Assembly: GCA_050084515.1 (NCBI GenBank)
Contig: CM114271.1
Span: forward strand, 24,056,001 to 24,120,000
DNA: 64,000 nucleotides
Direction: 5' to 3'
From: Blasia pusilla
Lineage: Eukaryota
Shown one piece after another: positions 44,920 to 54,767 of the stretch. Numbering within the stretch: position 1 is the stretch's first letter; every line of letters begins with the position of its first letter. The notes beneath the pieces are model-generated. The model did not search any database. It had not been told where the DNA came from and saw nothing but the letters and a program-made list of their open reading frames with translations. A program made the position numbers and the translations under genes.

Positions 44920-45560
44920 TACAAGGGGTCCGATGAGATTAATGGTGCTCAGAGGAGTGGATGTTGAGAATCCAACATGAGTATCATTCGCAGTGTGAAC
45001 TTTTGCGCTCGATACATGAGAGATAGCGCCATTGTCTCGGGCGTCTCTTAAATGTGTGAGTAAGTGATCAGCCTTGGCGGAGGACAATGGGATTAGCATC
45101 TCCACAGAAAACTTCATGACGACCCTCAGTTCTTGGAACTGGTCAGGCTTTATTCCTCCCGTCAAACGAGCGTAGTGTATCGCGGCTTGTTGGCGTGCCA
45201 GATCGTCCTCATTGAACTTAATATTCATGTAAGTCATGATTTCCTTCTAGATGCCTCTTGTGCATACAATTGCACACAATATGTATTAGCATAAATTAAT
45301 GTCTAATGGCTGATAGATTGAATATGTGAACAATTGATGAATCAAAAAGCAAATTGAGAAGCACATACCTGTGGCTGGAGGCTGTTTTCTCAAATCTCGA
45401 AATGTTGCTGCCCACGCTTTCCTCTGATCAATCATTCGACTTATTTTGACGGCCTCACACATCATCACCCCAATGAGAATGACCAAGGCCTAAATTTTTG
45501 GCATATGTTGGTGGAACTACTTGTGCAAGACCTTCTTCGGGCAACTCAGGCATGTCATGT
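44920..45560 (-). pseudogene. Unknown spliced ORF fragments downstream of the Helitron helicase (possible second Helitron gene or captured gene)
   Basis: ORFs 45286-45486 and 44917-45237 are separated by an intron-like gap with a GTATG donor at ~45368. No recognisable family. Confidence 0.3.
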
Positions 45561-45974
45561 AAAATCATTTTGGCAAAATCCACATAGGATTTTGTTACTT
45601 AGTAGTGAGAATGTAAGGACTATTACCTAGGTGTGGTGAAGGTGTTTGTGTGAGAGAGGTATGATTATTGCACCTGGTTGGATTCATTGGTTATGAGCGT
45701 ACAAACGTATAAGCAGATAGTCAGCAAAAGAGAGTGCGTATAGAGAAAAGTGATCTACAAACCTTAGTATTTGGTGAAGCAGGATCGCCAGTAAACTGAA
45801 CTAGAGTTGTCATAGGTTTGTTGTAGTCATCTGAACTACAGTCACTAAGTAGAATGGTATTTGGTTGTACTGGAATTTCTGGAGTAACTGATGTACCCAC
45901 ATTTGGTTGTTGTGCATTTGAAACATACTATCTCCTTGCTCGCCCTCTAGTTGATCTTTCAGTAGATGTCATAC

Positions 45975-46814
45975 TCACAAGGAGGTAAAATCAGTTGTAT
46001 ATGTATGCAATTGTAATGTATATGATGTGATTTGCCCAAATAAACAAAAATTTGTAGGCTGCAATGAACCAATGATGCGCAAGTGCTCTTTGGTTTTAAC
46101 TCTTGACAACGTAACATACACTAGATTTGGTGCAAAAGCAACTTTTATCACAAGAAGGCATTTCCCTGATACAGTTAGACCTTGGCTCTTATGGCCAGTT
46201 AATGCATAACCCAAGATAAGTGGAAAAGGACTCTTATGGTACTTTTTCTTGACCATGCTTAAGCGTCACAAAGTTGGTGTGACTTATCTTAATTACTTTA
46301 TAATTTGAATGTAACATAACCGTTATATTGGCAAGTTCAGAATCCTTGTAACCACAATCAATAATTTCCGATGCACCATTTGCAGCTTGAATTTGGTCTA
46401 TATTTGAAGTGAGTAAAACTGTCCAGCCAATTGCAAGGAACTGAAGCTGATGGAAATTTGGCTTAGATATCCAATCATGGAATTGCGCATCAAGAGGAGT
46501 GTCAATAGAGATATGGACAATAAATATGTCATATGAACCATATAACCTATGAGGTGCAAAAACATTATAAATTTGGACATCAGCACAATGTGAACATTTG
46601 ATTATGATATCTTCTTATATAAAGTCTATACCAACATCTTCCTCAACAAAACACTTCTCAAGACATGTGTCTATTTGCTGCTATGTAGGTCTTGTTAGTA
46701 TAAGTTGCAACAAAAACGTGAGAAAATCATGGTCCTCATCATGCCTCATGGGTGTATGTAATTCATACTTAGAATGTTTCTAAAGAAGGGATGTGGCACA
46801 CTAGACACATTGAT
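45975..46814 (-). mobile_element. Helitron Rep/Pif1 helicase pseudogene, C-terminal part
   Basis: ELHTPMRHDED (motif IV-like), NGASE, PFPLILGYALTGHKSQGLTV (motif V) and VYVTLSRVKT (motif VI). Confidence 0.88.
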
Positions 46815-47379
46815 GGGGGCTGGTATTTTGGCAGGAGAGAGTAAGAGAGGAGAGGAAGAGAGGAAGAGAGGAGAGTCTCTCTTCAAAAAAAAGGGCCAAA
46901 TCCGCCTCCTCTCTTCAAAACTTTTTGACATATTTGAAACTTTTTGTTTGCTTTCAAATTCAGGAAATCTTTAGAAGAGAATATTTAATGGTCCACATTT
47001 GGCCCTAAAAAAACCTCCTCTTTCATGGGGGCAAGAAAAAAGGAGACATCATAAGACCACTACAAACATTTTTCCATCACTCTCCATGTGAGCCTAAGTT
47101 TCTTAACATTCCCTGTCTCGATAAAAAAAAAAGCAGTGCCCTTGGTATTTTTGTTGGAGGACCACTCGGATGCCAACCTCTCTTTTTGCAGGGATTGTTG
47201 CCTGCATCATGGCCTCCCCTAAATTGCCCCATAACCAACTTTCTGTTGGTTATGAATGGTGTCTACTCAAGACCAACTTTGTGAAATGTGAACACATCAG
47301 ATCCTAAGGCTGAGAAACCGAGAAGCTGCACCCCTCCCAACCCGTAAGAAAGCTCACCATAAGAAAGGAAAGATTTTTA

Positions 47380-48536
47380 GAAGTGATTTTCTTCCACCAC
47401 GCACTCCACGAGGATGTAACGGGTTGGGAATCCGAAATGGCAATCCGGCGGGTAGTAGGAATCATGCACATCTTAGACAAGAAAAGAAGCCTACAAGCTG
47501 GTTTGACGAATGTAGGGAACGAGCAAAAGTTAAGAAGCCCGCCACTATGTGTCGGTTGGTCTCACAGGAAAGAGTCCGATCACTCAGCGATCAACCTGCC
47601 GAACCGGCAACTTGCTTGGAAATGGTTAAAAAGTTGCAGTGGGAAAAAAGCAAAAAAGTTGCAACCCGTCGGAATCATACGGGTTGCAGAATTGTAATTC
47701 TGAGTAGCTAAAAGAACACAATCCACAAGTCCAAAAAAATATTCCAACAAACTTTTACAAACACCATTATGGGTTGAAAAAATCTCGTCCTTTATTACCT
47801 CCGAAGGAACCTTGGAAATGTACATTTGACCCAGTCTATGATTTCTTCAGCCTCGTCATTTATAAATTTACTCCTAACTCTCCTCGGTGACAGTACCAAA
47901 GGAAAGTCTTGGGATACAAGTGGCTCCTCTGGCCGATTGTAGACGGGGATTGAAAATGTTGGCGAATTTGAGAGTCTTGGCCCCCCCTAGGTACACCATA
48001 ACGGTCCCATGTAACCTGATTTGAGTCCCACCGCCTTCCTCGGCAGTATACCTTGTACACTCTGCAATGTGACACCCATCCAATATCAATATGTGCTCCG
48101 TCCCCGGTAATACCATTATGGCAATCGCACAGGTAGTAGGAATCCAACACGTCTGAGAGAAGAAAAGAAGCAAACGTCTGCCTTTACAAGTTGAGGGGAA
48201 GGTGCCAAGGGAAGAAGCCCACCAGACTGCCTCTTAAGTTGGACCAACAGGGAAAGAGTCCGATCAGGCAACCTTTCGGAATCCGACTGGTTGCCAAGAA
48301 GTGGTAAAAAGGTGCAGTGGTCAAAAAGTGAAAAGTTGCAAGCAAGAGAAATCCGACGGGTTGCAAAATAGAAGTCTGCGGAGTACATAGACGATCACAT
48401 TCGAAAAGACAAAAAATGTTCAGCAAACTTTTACAAGCACTACCATCGTTCGAAAAAAATCTTACGCTTTATATCATCCGAAAAAGCTCTGAATCAGACA
48501 TTTGATCTATTCTATGAAATCTTTTGCCTCATCATC
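47380..48536. repeat. Diverged tandem duplication (~680-bp period) in the MULE left arm
   Basis: 47568-47860 aligns with 48251-48536 (ggaaagagtccgatca...aagttgcaa...caaacttttacaa.cac...tctatga..tctt..gcctc.tcat). 47437-47490 aligns with 48118-48171. Confidence 0.75.
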
Positions 48537-49182
48537 AAAAAATCCCTACTCCAAATGCTACAGTCAAGATGGGTCGTTGAGTTCTTTGAACTCACTCGTC
48601 ATTGTCCGAGAGCTCTTGCAAAATTACTTTCGGCCTTGCCCTCCCGATTGTCGAAATTGTTGGAAGTGACGATGGAGTCACTACCAAGGGTGGATCTGGA
48701 ACCGGAGCTCTCGGCTTCGGTGGAGACTTGTACGCCCCAACGAGCCTTTCGTATTCTGCCTTTTCCTCCTTGCAAAGGTCAAACAGTTCCTGCCTTCCCT
48801 CGAGGCAGAGAATGTTCCTGCCACTCTGCTAGGCACCTTTGATACTTGCCCCTGAAAGTCCCACTAAGTCGAACACCAAGTCACCCGGCCTTGAGCAGAG
48901 CTCGATGAGCGTTTGCATCAGGGCTGGCAACTTTTCCCTTCCTCCCAGAAGTGGGGTACTGTCTTACATGTAAATTCTTGGGGGGGAATTGTACAAACTA
49001 TCTAAGCTGTACCCATCTGAGCATGGATCCACAGGATCCTGGATCTTGAACACCTGGAAATTGTGCTCGGGCCGAACGAAGCAGTACACGTAGGAGTGGT
49101 CCATCTGTAAATAAGCACGTTGGAAACAATGTCAGCAACTAAAGAAGTCGGCTTGAGAACATTTTCAATTACTAACTTTGGA

Positions 49183-49435
49183 TCAACCTGTTGGAGTCCG
49201 ACGGGTTTTTTTGTCCCGGACCAACCCGTCGGGCTCCGTTATTTTTGTCCGTGAGCCTAGAGCAGCCCATGCTCGCCTGAGAGCAACCCGTCGCTATCAG
49301 ATGGGTTGCAGCTTTCCGGAAACACAGGGAAAAACCAAAAGCAACTGCAACCCGTCGGAACCCGACGGGTTGCAAGTACACCACGGTTTTCCCTACACTA
49401 AGCCAGCAACCCGTCGCCTTCCAACAAGTTGCTCA
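49183..49435. repeat. Cluster of the ~27-bp palindrome in intron 3 of the cargo gene
   Basis: For example tgcaacccgtcggaacccgacgggttgca at 49346-49374; about five degenerate copies. Confidence 0.85.
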
Positions 49436-51584
49436 CGGAAAAAAAAAAATGGAGATTGACACTCATTATACTCACTCAATGGAGATAAACACTCATTATA
49501 CACATCATTAAAATATATTTGAGATTATAGTACAGGAATTGAGCCTTACCCGAATCTGACTCGTCGCGGATCGGAGTGGGTACTCGTTTTTTATGATCCA
49601 CGATTGCGCCGTCCTCCACTTTAGCGACCTCTTGACGCACTAGAGGTTGAAGAGCTCGTCCTCGCTCCCTCCAGTCAACACCAAGAAGCAGCCCCTGTCA
49701 CTCAGATAGGCGTCTGCAAAGGAGAACAATAGCGCTATCTGGTCATAAGAGAGCGGCACATTCCACTCAGGTACCTCGTCCGATGGATTCTCGCCCCAAA
49801 GTCGCAACCCCGAGGGCAGATCAGTGATCAAGAGATCCACCGCAACCTCTTCGACCACTCCATTCACCGTCCAGGCAGCATGCCTGTTTTGTTGGAGCTT
49901 CCGTCCCAGCGTTGTCAATTTATCGATGGCTGGTGTCGACGCTTGAGAACTGAACCTCTTCAGCTCATCGAGTAAAGGAGTGAACTGAAGGAGGACGCTT
50001 GTCCGGGTTGTTGTTTGTCTGTGTCTTCCCAAGGTTGATGGACTGTATTCTCCTTGGGACAACCCTGGCACCTCTCGCTTCCGCTTCTCCCGAGTCAGGA
50101 CGGCTTGTCGGGGTCTCTATGACCTCAGACTCTGGTGGGGTTTTTTTCGCCGAGGACCTGGTCCGACCCCTCTCCCCCGCCGCCGGACAATTCCGCCTCT
50201 GGCCTTGAATCTTCAGCCTCTCTTTGGGAAGACTCGGCCTCTGAATTTTTCCCTCCCCTCGCCTTGCCTTTGAGATCCACTGTGGATTTGTCTTTGGCTG
50301 TGCGGACCTTGGAAGCCAACTCAGCTGTCTCGTGGGCTTGCTCTTCTGCATCTCCTTCGAAGAAGTCTTCAGGCTACACGAAATTGGGGATGTCGTCTTA
50401 TCTTGAGGCCACTGCATCATGAAGCACTCGTAAATCCTTATCAGTGATGTCTTCAGGGTTGTTGAAGTCGAGCCAAATGGAGCAATTCTCCACCTCCCAA
50501 TCGGACATGTGGTGCCCCATCTCCATGTCGTACATGGAGAATGTCTCTGCATCCGGCGGCGAAGCCCACAATTTCAAGGCTGCCAGTAATTTTCCCCACG
50601 TACCTGCATTCTTACACTGGACGAGGTACCTGAAGACCATCCGTTGGGCAGCTTTTAGTCAAACAGAATTGGCCGTCTGCTCTTGTAGATCTCGCTTCTT
50701 CTTCGCTTGATCCCGTTTGTTCCCCTCTACTCCTTCGTCAAGCTATGCATGAGGAAGGACGCAAAACTTGAACATTGTCTTGAATCGTGGGTTTTTGGTT
50801 GGCTTGTCCCGATTTTCGTCGAGCCAAACCTCGAAATCTCCAGAACTTTCAAGGTTTGCTTCATCCGGGATGGGCTCTAATCTTTTGAGCTCCCCTTGCA
50901 GACCGTCCAGCACGGACTTCCCGATAACCCGCAACGCATCCCATAACGACCATTCGCGTAGCCAATGGGAGATCACTGGATCGGACACACCGGAGGATGG
51001 TGTGCCGCCCTCTTCTGGGCCTCTGTGCCCTCGACACTGATTTTCATCAGTCGGATCCTCCTAAACTCGCTTATGCCGGACAACGCAAACCGATGCACGC
51101 GATCCAGGGACACTCTCTCCCCAATCCAACCATGCGGATCTTCATCCCTTTTCCACTGGGGCTTGATAATCGCCTTCAGCTCCTTGTAGAACCCCGGACC
51201 AAGTTCGGGGTTGAGAATGCTGATGTATCGCTGCATCTTGCTCGCCGTGTATTTCGTTGCTGTAGATACTGCAGCTTGGATGAATTTCGCGCGCTCAGAC
51301 GCAGATACCTTCTCCCTCCACTCCAGCTCCTGTGCAGCGCTCTTTTTCGCGGCATGTATCTTCGACCAGCAAAGGATGGTTACGGCTGCATCTTGGGAAA
51401 TAAACTTATTTGCCCAAGTTTTCTTTTTAATCTGAGCACCCTTTGCAAGCATTTGATTGACAAGGGCATTGCCCAAGAACCCCCTGTACTCTCCCGGGTG
51501 CGTCGTAAGCACCTTCCTCACCCGATCGCAGTCCTGGATCCAGTGGTGGGTGACATTCCCCTCCGATACAATCCTGCACATCCA

Positions 51585-52315
51585 AACTCAACCCGTCAGG
51601 AAATTACATGGGTTCTTGCAACTCGTCGGACTCCGACGGGTCGTCACAGCTCAAGGTCGTATTCTAGGAACGAGCTAAATGATGCAACCCATCGGAGTCC
51701 GGCGGATTGCATTCAGATTTGCTAATGCCTGGTTTCAACCCGTCGGACTCCGACGGGTTGTGGAACTGAACATACTAACGTGAACATAGCAACCCGTCGG
51801 AGTCATACAGGTTGCGCAATTGAATGGAAACTTGCAATTTGACGCAAAATTTGGGGAACCAACTTCCGAACGCAACCCGTCGGACTCCGACGAGTTCATT
51901 TTGGCCAAAAAAAGTTTCGAGGCAAGCAACCCGTCGGACTCTGACGGGTTGCTTTGGGCAAAAAACATACTAAACCTGCGGTCAGTCGAACAACTCGTCG
52001 GAGTCTGACGAGTTGCATTCTTCAAAAAACATCTTGACAAGGCGGCGAGTCGAGCAACCCGTCGGACTCCGACGGGTTGCTTTGGGCCAAAAACTAATTA
52101 AATCTGTGGTCAATCGAACAACTCGTCGGAGTCCGACGAGTTGCATTCTTAAAAAAACATCCGAAAAAGCGTCGAGTCGAGCAACCCATTGGAGTCCGAC
52201 GAGTTGCTTTCGGCAAAACAAAACCTAACCCATTCATCAATCGAGCAAGTCGTCGGAGTCCGACGAGTTGCGTAAGTGTTAAAGTATCCCAACAACCGTC
52301 CCGACGAGTTGCGTA
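51585..52315. repeat. Phased array of the palindrome GCAACCCGTCGGACTCCGACGGGTTGC in intron 2 of the cargo gene
   Basis: Copies at ~51618, 51684, 51736, 51789, 51872, 51926, 51991, 52054 (perfect), 52118, 52181, 52245; period of 63-65 bp in the right half. Confidence 0.92.
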
Positions 52316-53954
52316 AGTGTTAAAGATACTCACGTGTTCATGGCATGCATTGCCATCTCCACCGTCGCCATGTGATGAGGGAATGGGTGAAGGACCACTG
52401 CCTTCACGCTAAAATGTGCCTCCAATGAGTTGGGCCGCACCTCCACAAACTTGGTCCACGCCATGAACCTATGATTTCCATCCCAGATGAAGAAATGCAG
52501 ATTCCTCATCCAGCTGAATTCCGTGCCCTCTACTTGCCTTCTGAAATCCCGGTCTCGCATCCTCCAGAATGTGTCGAGCTTTTCCAAGTCCTCCTCTGTA
52601 ACCAGAGCTTGGGTTCCATGCTCGTCGTAAGGCTGAACATAGAAGGGAGGAAAGCTGTCGACGTAGGATGCTGTCACCGCCGATTGTTTAAGCTTCGCGA
52701 TGTCCTCGTCGGACTGAATTTTGCGGACGTATTCTATTGTCCGCAATCGGCAGAGTGGAATCCTCGAGGTGTTGTGGCCCTCCATGAGTGCCATCTGCTT
52801 AACCACCTGTCAGAACCGGGAGAAGATCAATAAGCTACACTAAATGTCACATAATTTATTGGGAATACACTGAATTCCCAATAAATTATGTGAATTGCAA
52901 TTCACATAATTCAAAAAACCCAGATCCTCTCTTACCCGCTCGAAAATGGGCTCGGTTTCTTGACCAACCAACTTGTCTAAGACAGAAGCTGGCAAATCGA
53001 CTGGGAACTCGTCGATCCGATAGAGGTCGATATCCTCCGCCGGGCTTGGAGACGAGAATGACCGCTCTCCGGCTTCTTCGGCCATGTCCACCATCTCCAC
53101 ACTAGTGGTCCTCATGACCTCGTCGTCATCGATTTAAACTTCTGGCGTTTCCACTATGTTGATTGTGTCCCCGGACTTCATGGGGGACATTTCCCGCATC
53201 TCAACACTTTTGGTTGGAAAGGCAGGGCTATCATCAATGGCTATCGGTTTTTCCCTCCTCGCTTTAGCCAATTCTGCTCTCCTCACCGACGCGTCCAGAT
53301 GCTTCTTTTCTCTCTTTTCGTCGGCGATCCTTTTCTTCAAGGCCTGCGACGTCTCAGCCTCTGCGTTCTGTTTATCGAGCACGTCTTGAACACGTCTCGC
53401 AAGAAGCACTTGGTTGTGCATCTCCGCTTCCCTTTCCCGCTCCTCGATTTCCTGCTGCCTAATTTCATTTGCCAAACGAGGCCCAAGAGATGCTGACGCA
53501 GGAGTCCTAATGGACTTCGGAGTGAAGCTCTGAGACTTGTTGGCTTGTTATTTTTTCCTCGTCATTTTTTCCGAAAATGCCTCCACCTATGTCCACGACG
53601 AATCCCTTGATTAGTCGCCTTGCTGATGTCGAGATGTGTAGCTCGAATCGCCTTGATGGGTAGCTTGAATTGTCTCGAGATCGTTCAGTCGAACCGTCTC
53701 GCTGTCGTTCGGTCGAACTGTCTCGCTCTCGTTACCTCCAATCAACTCGCGATGTGTCGCCGTGTGAAACGCCCCTTCGTATCTGATCACCTGCTGCGCG
53801 GGAGAGTGAGGAATGAAGATCGCGAAATTAGAAACAAAAAATGAGCGATTTTTGCCCTATTTATACTTTTCTAGCCGTTGGGCTGACCGTTGGATCCCGT
53901 CGTCCGTTCGACGGCGACGTGCCGGAGGTTACGGAAGTCCGGAGGTGAAAAATG

Positions 53955-54555
53955 GCAACCCGTCGGAGTCCGACAGGTTGCGCGCCTCCGCCATCCTAGG
54001 TACGTCGCCACGTGCGCGAGCAACCCGTCGGAGACCGACGGGTTGAGCGCCTCCGTCGTCTTCGGAAAAGAACGCGAGGTACCCGCGCAACCCGTCGGAG
54101 ACCGACATGTTGCGCGCCTCCACCGTGTTTGGGACGGGAACGAGACGTACCCAGGCAATCCGTCGGAGACCGTTGGGCTGCACGCTTCCCTCGTCAAGGG
54201 TTAAGAACGTGGGCTTCCCGTGCAAGTCGTCGGAGTTCGGCTGGCTGCACACTTCATGTAAGCACCACAAGGCGAGGCCCTTGCGCAACCCGTTGGAGGA
54301 TGACGGGTTGCACGCCTCGCCGTCTTTGGGCAAATAGGTGAGGCACCCACGGAACTCATCGGGAACAGACGGTTTGCACGCCTCGGGCATCTTCAGGCAA
54401 GAAGGAGCGGTATCCGAGAAACTCGTCGGAGAGCGACAGGTTCCTCGTTGTGACAATGTTTGGCAGAAGCGTGCAACCCGTCCGAAGCCGACGGGTTGCA
54501 GGCTTTGGTTAGCTTCGGGTAATTTTTGAGTTACTAGGACTCTGACGGGTTCCAA
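53955..54555. repeat. Phased palindrome array in the divergent promoter region between the cargo gene and the transposase
   Basis: Copies at ~53956, 54020, 54087, 54155, 54222, 54285, 54352, 54419, 54473, separated by ~30-bp diverged spacers. Confidence 0.9.
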
Positions 54556-54767
54556 GTGTGATTTGCAACCCTCTGCTTCCCAAATCCGGTAACATACTGC
54601 AACAGGATTGAATGTGTTACAGAATTGGATCCATTGTGTCAGACAATGTCACCCACCGAATTCATCTTGTAAGTAAAAATCTGTCAGGAGTATCTGTTTT
54701 CCTATTCACTATAAATTAAAAATTCTCATTCTCATTCTCAGTCTCCTCCCGTTGAAAAATTCTTGGA

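Larger units (their letters stand above)
48592..53565 (-). pseudogene. Transposon-borne coiled-coil + ParB/Srx-like domain + beta-class N4C/N6A DNA methyltransferase-like fusion gene. Exons 52936-53565, 52334-52806, 49550-51573, 48592-49104
   Basis: Phase-consistent GT-AG introns. The ParB-like region has IPLCRLR..VRKI..DIAKLKQS and FFIWDGNHRFMAW (DGNHR at 52468-52482). MTase motif IV region VDLLITDLPSG (49808-49840) is followed by AYLSDRGCFLV. The last exon reads REKLPALMQTLIELCSRPGDLVFDLVGLSGASIKGA*QSGRNILCLE, matching the KP..L...LI...S.PGD.V.D.F.GSG.T..AA...GR..IG.E pattern. Multiple stops and frameshifts. Confidence 0.85.

Noticed and set aside
51735-52333. Several overlapping ORFs with TRRSPTG / NPSDSDG repeats (also at 53.9-54.5 and 56.8-57.15 kb)
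   Set aside because: Artefacts of the GC-rich palindrome arrays in introns and intergenic DNA.
48592-53565. Bacterial contamination explaining the ParB/MTase gene
   Set aside because: The gene has three phase-consistent spliceosomal introns and sits inside a TSD-bounded element nested in a Helitron.
53955-54555. True CRISPR array
   Set aside because: The context is eukaryotic, no cas genes are present, the repeats are degenerate, the spacers retain faint mutual similarity, and the same motif occurs in plain 36-bp tandem repeats.
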